A stretch of DNA of 32,915 nucleotides from Flavobacteriales bacterium (GTDB lineage Bacteria; Bacteroidota; Bacteroidia; Flavobacteriales_E; Vicingaceae), in assembly GCA_016763135.1 (NCBI GenBank), contig JAESUI010000045.1, positions 1-32,915 on the forward strand, in the 5' to 3' direction. The notes beneath the pieces are model-generated. The model did no database searches. It was not told the DNA's origin and worked only from the letters and a program-made list of their open reading frames with translations. Below, in pieces: positions 7,935 to 16,472 of this stretch; positions within the stretch are counted from its first letter, which is position 1, and each line of letters begins with the position of its first letter. Position numbers and translations under genes: made by a program.

Positions 7935-8815
7935 TTATAATTTCAAGATTAAAGTTAACCCAGTTGCTCCTTTCAAATTATATGGATTTAAGGATAATTT
8001 TGAATTTATTTTAGTTTTGTGTAATTCAGGTACCAACCATCCTACTAATGCTCCAACAGCAAAACCCGTTTTACATCGGTGGGGAAATGCTTTCCACTTT
8101 TGACCCTCAAATAACCCATAGTGGCAGGTAACCCCAAGCCAAAAGTGTACAATCCAATTTTAACTCCATTTTTCATATTGGGATGATAATCGCTGATTAC
8201 CTTAGTTATAAAAATTGAAAAAGCGGCTGTTTGTGTAGTATGCCCAGAGAAAAATGATAACCTTGCTGTACTGCTAGTTCTTTCATTAATGGAAAATGCA
8301 GAATTGTATGCTTGAGGACGAGAACGATTAAAAATATATTTAGCATTAAACGATAATCCGTTTGAAATGGTTAAAATCTCTAAGCTCATAATTAATAAAG
8401 GGCCAACATCTTTACGAGTATGATGGTTACTCATAAAAAATAGAGTTGGAAGTGCAAGCCCGGTGTATAGAATGACATTACTCGCAGTTTGATCTGCATT
8501 GGAGTGATAGTTAACTGCTCTACGATCAAACGAATTAATTTTATTGGCATCTAAAGCATTTAATTCTTCTACTGTAAATTGAGGCTTTTCATTAATTGAT
8601 TTGATATACAAACCTGAACTTAGTAACCCCAAGCCTGTTAAAAAGAAAGGCACTTCTTTTTTTAAATTCACTTGATAAGGATCTAAGTGAATGTGCTTTG
8701 AGTCGCTCTTGCAAAGATTACATTGACTACCTATAGGATTAGCAACTTGACCAATTAAAGTAATTGAAAAACTTAAGCCAACTATTAAACAAATATATTT
8801 CTTAATCAGACTCAT
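7935..8815 (-). pseudogene. PAP2-family (type 2 phosphatidic acid phosphatase-like) membrane phosphatase with a 1-nt frameshift
   Basis: PAP2 motifs: KYIFNRSRP, SFFSGHT, LRVKSGKHFPTDV. After DV the annotated frame ends (KRVLLLEH*). The -1 frame continues with the expected GFAVGALVGWLVPELHKTKINSKLSLNPYNLKGATGLTLILKL* to 7935. The shift lies at A-run 8069-8072 (minus strand gtaaaacggg). Confidence 0.8.
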
Positions 8816-8880
8816 AGATTTGGGACAATTTCTTCTCCATCAATCTCAATTACAGGATTCTTTACTTCAATTATTTTCAT
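8812..8880 (-). CDS. 22-aa small ORF translationally coupled on both sides
   Basis: [22 protein letters not shown]. Its ATG overlaps the ACP stop (ATGA, 8880-8877) and its TGA overlaps the PAP2 ATG (ATGA, 8815-8812). Confidence 0.35.
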   Translation of the reverse strand: MKIIEVKNPVIEIDGEEIVPNL

Positions 8881-9113
8881 AAGTTATTATTTTGTTTATT
8901 CTCAATATAAAAAAGTGCATCACTAATGCTTACTATCTTATAAAGATCCTCATCAGGAATAGTAATATTAAAAGCATCTTCAAATGCCATAATTAATTCA
9001 ATTATATCAAGAGAATCTGCCCCTAAGTCCTTGTTAAATTCAGCTTCGTTTACAACTAAATTTTCATCTACCGCAAGCTTATCTACGATAATTGATTTTA
9101 TTCTTTCGTCCAT
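8877..9113 (-). CDS. acyl carrier protein (stand-alone, accessory)
   Basis: 78 aa with the phosphopantetheine attachment motif [18 protein letters not shown]. Confidence 0.88.
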   Translation of the reverse strand: MDERIKSIIVDKLAVDENLVVNEAEFNKDLGADSLDIIELIMAFEDAFNITIPDEDLYKIVSISDALFYIENKQNNNL

Positions 9114-9124
9114 ATAATTTACAT

Positions 9125-9721
9125 TTAAAATGTTTTTTTAATCCATAGTACAAGAAGGCCATTAAACATCATCTCCTTTATTTTATACGATGACGGTGGT
9201 GAAAAATCATGTGAACAATAAGTAACCAACCTAGTGCCCAAAGGCATTTTTAGCAGTTGACTATATACATAGTTTTCATATAAACGGTATTTGGTCTTTG
9301 AAAATGAAATATTCTGATCTATCCATTGACATGAGGCTATTTGCTCACAAAACGGATTAAAGTAATAGAATGCATCATATTTTCTAAAGTCACTATTTAA
9401 TATATTGGCATTGATAAATCTAACATTGTTTAATTCGAAATTCTTTAATAATTTATTTGCTTCAGAAACCAAATTCCCCCTCTTTTCTATGCCTGTGAAT
9501 TTTGAGTTTGACAAAATTCCACCAACTATACAAAACTTACCGGCTCCAGAACCTATGTCAAGAATGTTTGCCCCAGAATAGGCACCTAACCACTCTATAG
9601 CTACTTCTATTATTTCAATTGGAGTCCAGTGAATATTTGATAAACTTCTTATATATTCAGGGTATAATTTATCAAAATCCTGATTTGAAATATCGCTATA
9701 TAATTCTAACTGTTTCATCAA
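9125..9721 (-). CDS. class I SAM-dependent methyltransferase
   Basis: Motif [12 protein letters not shown], post-I GIE, and an acidic/aromatic motif II region ([10 protein letters not shown]). Confidence 0.8.
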   Translation of the reverse strand: MMKQLELYSDISNQDFDKLYPEYIRSLSNIHWTPIEIIEVAIEWLGAYSGANILDIGSGAGKFCIVGGILSNSKFTGIEKRGNLVSEANKLLKNFELNNVRFINANILNSDFRKYDAFYYFNPFCEQIASCQWIDQNISFSKTKYRLYENYVYSQLLKMPLGTRLVTYCSHDFSPPSSYKIKEMMFNGLLVLWIKKTF

Positions 9722-9733
9722 TCTATTAATTCA

Positions 9734-10483
9734 CTATTTATTTTCGAATTTGTATCCAATTGTAATTTGTAAAGTGTGATTGTTTTCAAAATGAATCCCG
9801 TCTCCTTTTTTAACTACTTGATTCATATAACCTAATTGTATACTTCCATTAGGAATTATTTTATAACCTAACCCTCCATACAACCAATTTTGATTTAAGG
9901 AAGTTGGCATAACACTTTTATCATCTAAATTTATCCAAAGCTCATTAAAAGCCTTGCTAAACAGCTTTCCATTTTTAGAGATAGTCCTACTTAAAGTAAG
10001 TCTGTATCTAAATCGTTGAGCGTATTTATTGCCCTCAATTGTTGGTGCTAAACCGGAAGCATCATAAACGGTTTGTCCGATAAATCGTTGTTCAAAACGG
10101 TAACGATGACTTATTTTCAATTTTCCTGATTGATGTTTTAAGGTGATTTGCTCCCATATATTATTTTCAGGAGTAATAATGGCGATGGGTTGATTACCAT
10201 AAGGGCAAGATCTGATATAGGTATAACCTAGAGAAAGATCAATAGAAGAATTTAATTTGTAATTCAAGGCAGGCCTAAAAAGGAATTGTTGCCAATCTTC
10301 AAGACCATTTGCACGTCTTAAGTGGAGTTCAGATGAGAAATACCAATTCTCATTAACTGAGTATTTATTGGTGTTACTCCACCATGTATTAAGACTAGAA
10401 TCAACGATTCTTTTTTGAGACCATACCCGAATTGTCATTATTAACAATAAAAAAATAAGAATTGGGAATTTATTTAATTTCAT
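9734..10483 (-). CDS. predicted outer-membrane beta-barrel protein (DUF2490-like)
   Basis: Signal peptide, alternating amphipathic strands rich in Y/W/R, and a terminal strand LQITIGYKF. The family name is from memory only. Confidence 0.6.
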   Translation of the reverse strand: MKLNKFPILIFLLLIMTIRVWSQKRIVDSSLNTWWSNTNKYSVNENWYFSSELHLRRANGLEDWQQFLFRPALNYKLNSSIDLSLGYTYIRSCPYGNQPIAIITPENNIWEQITLKHQSGKLKISHRYRFEQRFIGQTVYDASGLAPTIEGNKYAQRFRYRLTLSRTISKNGKLFSKAFNELWINLDDKSVMPTSLNQNWLYGGLGYKIIPNGSIQLGYMNQVVKKGDGIHFENNHTLQITIGYKFENK

Positions 10484-10496
10484 TTTGTTGGAATTA

Positions 10497-10982
10497 TTAG
10501 TTGATTAAATTTACTTCCTGTACTTGGTAATTTTTAACTTCATATATAATGATTCCCTTTATATTTATTTCAAATTTACATCTATTATTTTGGAATAAAC
10601 TCATCCTAGAAATTTTAAGAATTTGATCTATAAGATCAATCCAAACTTTTTGTTTTTTAGGAGTTGTTGGAATCCTCTCTTTATCTGATTTCTTCCTAAG
10701 AATATTCAATTGTTTTTTTGCACTGGTCCAGTTTGACTTTTCCAATTGATGGAGCTGCATACTTTCATTGTTATCGCAGTTGTAATGACCGACTACTAAA
10801 ATTTCTGAGGCACCTTCTTCATAGACGCAATATTTAAAATAATCTAAATCAAGATTACTTGATGATTGGATAATGTTTCCAAAAAAGGTGCAAAGAATAA
10901 TGTTAGGGTTCTCAATAAAACTATTTACGAAATAGGAATCATTACAACTAATTACAATTGTTTTTTTTTTTGATATTTTCAT
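10497..10982 (-). CDS. degenerate beta-carbonic-anhydrase-like protein, 161 aa
   Basis: ISCNDSY aligns with CSDSR (Cys13, Asp15, Arg replaced by Tyr) and VVGHYNCD with CGHYGCG (His66, Cys69). FFGNI aligns with RNIAN, and IKGIIIYEVKN with HGWVYSLKD. It is about 50 aa shorter than Can. Confidence 0.65.
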   Translation of the reverse strand: MKISKKKTIVISCNDSYFVNSFIENPNIILCTFFGNIIQSSSNLDLDYFKYCVYEEGASEILVVGHYNCDNNESMQLHQLEKSNWTSAKKQLNILRKKSDKERIPTTPKKQKVWIDLIDQILKISRMSLFQNNRCKFEINIKGIIIYEVKNYQVQEVNLIN

Positions 10983-11012
10983 TTACATATTGTTCAAAGC
11001 ACACCTTCATTT

Positions 11013-12308
11013 TTACAGTATTGAATTAATTAGTAAAAAGGTGAGTATTCCAGAGATATAACCTATAAAAGCATAGAATGTAATATTCTTTAAATACCAG
11101 ATAAAATCTATTTTTAAAATTCCCATTATGGCAACTCCTGCCGCAGAACCAATAATTAAAATACTACCACCTGTACCTGCACAATAAGCTAAAAGTTCCC
11201 AGAATAAGTGATTTTCTGGATATACATTTAAGTCATACATTCCAATTGCTCCAGCAACTAAAGGCACATTATCTACTATAGAGGAGAAAACTCCAATTAA
11301 AGAATTAATAATCCAGATATTACCTATTTTATCATCTAAAATCAACGCTAAATCACTTAAATGACCTGCCACTTGCAAAGCTGAAACAGCTAAAAGAATT
11401 CCTAAAAAGAATAAAATACTTGGTGTATCTATTTTTTTTAATACTCCCACAATAGAGTATGTTGCTTTTAAACCTGAAGGTTTTCTTCGATGAATAATTT
11501 CTGTAACAATCCATAAAACACTTAGCCCTAATAATATCCCCATAAATGGAGGTAAATGGGTTGTTGTTTTAAATACAGGCACAAATAATAAAGAACCTAT
11601 TCCAAAATACATAACTGTTTTCTTCTCCCATTCTGGAATATTTTCATTTTTCTTTTCCTTTTCGATGCTTTTCAATTTCCCCTTCATCTTAAATGAAATT
11701 AAAACAAGAGGAACTAATAAACACATCAAACTAGGTAAGAATAACTTTAGAACAATATTTGCGGCTGTTACTTGTCCACCTATCCACAACATAATAGTGG
11801 TAACATCTCCAATAGGAGACCATGCTCCTCCTGCATTTGCAGCTAAAATTACCATGCCAGCAAATAACCATAGGTCTTTTGTTCTATGAATGAGTTTTCT
11901 CAAAAGAGCAGCCATTATTATGGATGTCGTTAAATTGTCAAGAGCAGCACTCATAAAAAACGTTACAAAACACAAAATCCAAAGTAATTTTGTCTTATTC
12001 AAAGTGGTTATTTTACTTGTTATAATATCAAAACCACCATGTACATCTACCAACTCTACAAGAGTCATTGCCCCTAATAGGAAAAACAGGATTCCAGAAA
12101 TTTCCCCCAAGTGATGCATTAGACTTTCTTCAACTAATAGAGTAGGGTCTTCTATAGCAGACAAAATAGTTTGACTACCTATAATTAATAATGTCCAAAC
12201 GATAACCGCTGTTAATAATGCAGAAGCTGCTTTATCTATTCTCAAGGGATGCTCTAAAGCAATAGCTGTGTATCCCAAGACAAAAATGAATATCATTAAA
12301 AAGTACAT
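11013..12308 (-). CDS. nhaD: NhaD-type Na+/H+ antiporter (ArsB/NhaD permease superfamily)
   Basis: 431 aa, polytopic. The N-terminus GYTAIALEHPLRIDKAASALL and overall architecture match NhaD as I recall it. Confidence 0.75.
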   Translation of the reverse strand: MYFLMIFIFVLGYTAIALEHPLRIDKAASALLTAVIVWTLLIIGSQTILSAIEDPTLLVEESLMHHLGEISGILFFLLGAMTLVELVDVHGGFDIITSKITTLNKTKLLWILCFVTFFMSAALDNLTTSIIMAALLRKLIHRTKDLWLFAGMVILAANAGGAWSPIGDVTTIMLWIGGQVTAANIVLKLFLPSLMCLLVPLVLISFKMKGKLKSIEKEKKNENIPEWEKKTVMYFGIGSLLFVPVFKTTTHLPPFMGILLGLSVLWIVTEIIHRRKPSGLKATYSIVGVLKKIDTPSILFFLGILLAVSALQVAGHLSDLALILDDKIGNIWIINSLIGVFSSIVDNVPLVAGAIGMYDLNVYPENHLFWELLAYCAGTGGSILIIGSAAGVAIMGILKIDFIWYLKNITFYAFIGYISGILTFLLINSIL

Positions 12309-12348
12309 CTCTTTATTTTTAATTAAACTGATTTTTCATACTCAAACT

Positions 12349-14541
12349 CTAAACAGTAACTAAAGCCTTATTTAAACATTTTATCAATCCTTTTCCTTTG
12401 TTTAAAAGCTCATGAATTTCTTTTGTTTCTAAAACTTTATGAGATTGATGTAACATTAAATCTGTACCATTACTCACCATATAATAATCTAAATTAGATT
12501 CAAAGAAGTTAAGGATTTCAGGGGTAAAGAATTTTCTTACTTCGTTTTCATTCAATCCTTTTAGCACGTAATTATTAGAGAATTTTTTGTGGGTATCGAA
12601 ATCAATATCTCTTGCACCAACTACTTCTGCTATTTTATCTACGAAAGTTTCCTTTTCCATATAAAATTTAGGAATTGGAGATAATCCTGAAATTTTTAAA
12701 ACAGTTGTTGATTCTAAATCAGTTGTAGTTTCAGCACCTTCTTGTGTTTTAATGTCTGCAATACTAAATAGTGCGTTATTATTTCTTGTGCTGATGATAT
12801 TCTTTATTGAAATTATTTTTTTACGAATAGTCAATGTATAAAAATCCCAACCTTCATTATCTGCTATTTTATTTTGAAATTCAAATTCATTGGATTGAGC
12901 AAAAGACAAAAGCTCTAGTGTACGAGAATCAATGTTGATATTTTTCAATTTAGCTTTAGAGTTCTTATCTCTTGCTGCTAATGGATGATTAGATACTGGA
13001 TGTAGATTTTCGACATTCTCTATATGTACATTTTTATTATTTTGTTTTGCCAACCTAGCGTAATCTTCTAAATGCTCCATAACTGTATGGTCAACAAAAT
13101 TAACCGCTGAGAAATCTAAAATTAACTCATCATAATTTTGAACGCCACTATCCATTTTCTTTTTTAGTGATAAGTAATTAGAAAATATTTGAGAACCTTT
13201 TAAGTAAATAATTTTACTACTTCCTTTGTGTTCTACGCTCAAATTAGATTTAAATAGTTCATTAATTTTTGTGCCTTTGAATAGAATTAATACGTACTTG
13301 AATAGAATTCCGATAACAATACCTATAATTAAATCTGTTGCTAAAACAGCGACAAGTGTTACCACAAAAATTTCAAACTCCATTAATCCAATTTTATACA
13401 TGTGCTTAAATTCTTTTGGAGAAGCTAATCTAAATCCAGTAAAAACAAGCATGGCAGCTAAAGCAGGAACAGGAATCATTTCAATTATAAAAACCCCTAT
13501 CAACACATAAATTAATAAGAATAATCCATGAGAAAAATTAGCCCACTGTGTTTTAGCTCCGTTATTTACATTGGCTGATGAACGTACAATTTCTGAAATC
13601 ATTGGTAATCCTCCCAATGCCGCAGCCAAGGAAGATCCCGCTCCCATTGCTATTAAATCTTTATCTAAATTGGAACTCCTTTTATAAGGGTCTAGGCTAT
13701 CCACAGCTTTTGCACTCAATAAACTTTCAATGGCAGAAACCAATGCAACTCCTATAACTGCAATCCAAAAAGGAGACGTTCCTATTTTTTCAAAAGAGGG
13801 TAGTTTTAAACCTCCTCCGCCTAATAAGCCTCCATCTAAATTTACCATTTTTAGGTTTTCATGACCTAAGTACATTGCTAATGGAATGGTAAAGATTAGT
13901 ACCCACATTGGAGCAGGAACCATTTTGATGATTTTACTTTTAATAATAGGGTGTATTATCAGTGTAGCTAAAGCAACAAGTGTTACTATAATAGCACTCA
14001 AATTCGTTTCGTGCATTAAATAATGTGGAATTTCTGATGCAACTTCTAAAATTTCACCTTTTGGTCCTTTTGCTCCTATGGCCGGAAAAACTTGTTTAAT
14101 TATAATAATAACACCAATAGCTGCAAGCATTCCGTGAACTGCTGCGGAAGGAAAATAATCTCCAACCTTCCCTACTTTTAGTAGTCCAAAAACAGCCATA
14201 ATTAATCCTCCAATTACAATTGCTCCTAAAGCATGAGGATACCCTGCAAAGCCACTTTCTATTCCTGCACCTCCCATACTTTCTGCTGCACCTAAAGTAA
14301 TTACAATTAACCCTGCGGCAGGGCCACTAATGGTTACAAATGTTCCGCCAATTCTTGATGCCAATACTCCACCAACAATAGCTGTAATTATACCTGCTAA
14401 TGGCGGTACTCCAGATGCTAAGGCAATACCTAAACAAAGTGGTAATGCAATAAGTGATACACTAAACCCTGAAATGATGTCGTCTTTAAAATGGGCTTTA
14501 AGTCCTGCAAACCCTGTTTTTGGTATGTTGTTATTTTTCAT
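12349..14541 (-). CDS. SulP-family anion (possibly bicarbonate) transporter with STAS domain and an extra ~200-aa C-terminal domain
   Basis: SulP N-terminal signature ([30 protein letters not shown]) and a second-repeat motif (GGLPMISEIVRSSANVNNGAKTQ). STAS-like region (IIYLKGSQIFSNY...LILDFSAVNFVDHTVMEHLEDY). Residues ~525-730 are unassigned. Confidence 0.9.
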   Translation of the reverse strand: MKNNNIPKTGFAGLKAHFKDDIISGFSVSLIALPLCLGIALASGVPPLAGIITAIVGGVLASRIGGTFVTISGPAAGLIVITLGAAESMGGAGIESGFAGYPHALGAIVIGGLIMAVFGLLKVGKVGDYFPSAAVHGMLAAIGVIIIIKQVFPAIGAKGPKGEILEVASEIPHYLMHETNLSAIIVTLVALATLIIHPIIKSKIIKMVPAPMWVLIFTIPLAMYLGHENLKMVNLDGGLLGGGGLKLPSFEKIGTSPFWIAVIGVALVSAIESLLSAKAVDSLDPYKRSSNLDKDLIAMGAGSSLAAALGGLPMISEIVRSSANVNNGAKTQWANFSHGLFLLIYVLIGVFIIEMIPVPALAAMLVFTGFRLASPKEFKHMYKIGLMEFEIFVVTLVAVLATDLIIGIVIGILFKYVLILFKGTKINELFKSNLSVEHKGSSKIIYLKGSQIFSNYLSLKKKMDSGVQNYDELILDFSAVNFVDHTVMEHLEDYARLAKQNNKNVHIENVENLHPVSNHPLAARDKNSKAKLKNINIDSRTLELLSFAQSNEFEFQNKIADNEGWDFYTLTIRKKIISIKNIISTRNNNALFSIADIKTQEGAETTTDLESTTVLKISGLSPIPKFYMEKETFVDKIAEVVGARDIDFDTHKKFSNNYVLKGLNENEVRKFFTPEILNFFESNLDYYMVSNGTDLMLHQSHKVLETKEIHELLNKGKGLIKCLNKALVTV

Positions 14542-14587
14542 TTTAATGTATTTTAATTATTGTGTTATATTTTTTTTAGATAGTTAT

Positions 14588-16456
14588 TTATGATGAACGA
14601 TATGCAAAGTCATGATAACCGCTTATATGCTGCCCTAAGAACAATCTTGAATAAATTCTAAAAACGACTAAGCCGTCTAATGCTAGACAAAGTGTTAATA
14701 AGACTAATAGTGGAAATTGATTTTCATGTATATGACCAAGCAATAAATCTTCTCCAATAAAAGTTGGAGTTATTGGAAATCCAGATATACCTAAACATGC
14801 TAATATGAAAATGAATGCTAACCCAGAGAATTCATAATTGTGACCTTGAAATTGATTAAGGCTGATGTCTTTTCCTTTTTTCTTGAGTTTATAAATTACG
14901 AATAGACCAACACCCCCAGAAACAAGAATACCGCTCAAATAAAGATGTACTTGAGTAAAATCAAACACCTCATTAAAACCAAAAGATAAAGAAAGAAATA
15001 GTTGACTTACAATGATTAACAACCATGCTGTAAGTACCGATTTACGTTTAACAAATGCTTTTAGAATCAAAATAAAACCTAAAAAAGCAAAAAATTCTGG
15101 TAGATAGTTGATTATATTATTGGGAACTATTTCTCTGTGATAAATAGCATATAAGCCAATTAAAAATATAGGCACATAAATGCTAAATGTAATTTTTGGA
15201 GACAATAAATTAATTCTATTTCCTACTTTTTTAAGAGGATTCCATAAAAAATTATACATAAATGTATCGAGGTTAAACTCTTTAATACTTAAAATGTATA
15301 AAGACAATTTTAGTTTATCCCAAAAGGAATCTTTCCCTTGTTGTGCTGGTTGATTAAAATGAAAAAATTGATCGTGAATTTTATAACTTAGAATAGATGG
15401 AGAAATAAGTAATTGATGAGAACGAAGCATTGCATTTCCCATAAAGTGAATCATTGCGAGCCAGTACCAACCAAAAGCAACTTCAATAAACATTAATCCA
15501 ATTTGGGCTAATGAGGAATAGGCAATTTGTGTTTTTATGGTAGATTGTACTTTAGCTGTAGATGATGCTAATAATACAGTTATCAATCCTATTCCTCCTA
15601 TAATAAAATGAAACCAATAGTTACCTTCCCAAAATGGAGATGTACGTATTAAAAGAAAAACACCAATGTGTGCGGACAATGAACCATAAAAAATGGAACT
15701 AGAAGTTGTCGGTCCTTCCATTGCTCTAGGTAACCATGAAGAAAATGGGAACTGAGCAGATTTAACCATTGCTGCCAATAAAAATAATCCAGGTATTAGG
15801 TAGATATAAATTGTTTCATTGATAATGTGATAGTGGGGGCTATGTAATCCATCTAAATCTTTGAAATTAATACTGTAACCAAAATAATGATGACTTAACC
15901 AAATGCCTAACAGCAAAGCAACATCTGCAATTCTATAAACCGAAATTACTTTTAAAGCATTTTTAACTGGGAGATACCTGTCTCGATAAAAACCGATTAG
16001 GAAAAAAGACGTAACACCAAGCACTTCCCAACCGACAAAGAGCGTTTCTAAGTTGCCTGACATCAACACAACTACTAGCCCAAAATAGAAGAATTTAATG
16101 TTGTTAAAAAATCGTTTAAATCCTTTTTCTCTATGGATATAATTTTTACTAAAAACCACAATAATTCCTGTTAAAAATGTTGCCGTCAATAAATAGATTA
16201 AGCTATATCCATCTAACAAAAAACTAATGGTAAAATCTGCTTTTCCTGTATGAAACAATACAGGCCCTTGCATAAAAATGGGTTCAAAACCATCCATTGC
16301 CCAAATGATTGCCATTATAATTAGTGCAATATAATTGACAAATACACTTGTAATTGAAATGCCAAATATGGCTTTTTCGTTCTCATTCGAGAATAAAAAA
16401 CTAATTATTAAAGCCAAAAATGGAGTAGTTAATAATGTATAAAATAAGATGTTCAT
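14588..16456 (-). CDS. dabB: DabB: NuoL/MnhA-like proton-conducting membrane subunit of a DAB/MpsAB inorganic-carbon pump
   Basis: PF00361-type motifs: WEVLGVTSFFLIGF and KSAQFPFSSWLPRAMEGPTTSSSIFYGSLSAHIGVFLLIR. It starts 16 nt downstream of the DUF2309 gene. Confidence 0.85.
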   Translation of the reverse strand: MNILFYTLLTTPFLALIISFLFSNENEKAIFGISITSVFVNYIALIIMAIIWAMDGFEPIFMQGPVLFHTGKADFTISFLLDGYSLIYLLTATFLTGIIVVFSKNYIHREKGFKRFFNNIKFFYFGLVVVLMSGNLETLFVGWEVLGVTSFFLIGFYRDRYLPVKNALKVISVYRIADVALLLGIWLSHHYFGYSINFKDLDGLHSPHYHIINETIYIYLIPGLFLLAAMVKSAQFPFSSWLPRAMEGPTTSSSIFYGSLSAHIGVFLLIRTSPFWEGNYWFHFIIGGIGLITVLLASSTAKVQSTIKTQIAYSSLAQIGLMFIEVAFGWYWLAMIHFMGNAMLRSHQLLISPSILSYKIHDQFFHFNQPAQQGKDSFWDKLKLSLYILSIKEFNLDTFMYNFLWNPLKKVGNRINLLSPKITFSIYVPIFLIGLYAIYHREIVPNNIINYLPEFFAFLGFILILKAFVKRKSVLTAWLLIIVSQLFLSLSFGFNEVFDFTQVHLYLSGILVSGGVGLFVIYKLKKKGKDISLNQFQGHNYEFSGLAFIFILACLGISGFPITPTFIGEDLLLGHIHENQFPLLVLLTLCLALDGLVVFRIYSRLFLGQHISGYHDFAYRSS

Positions 16457-16472
16457 TTTTTTTTTAATTTAA

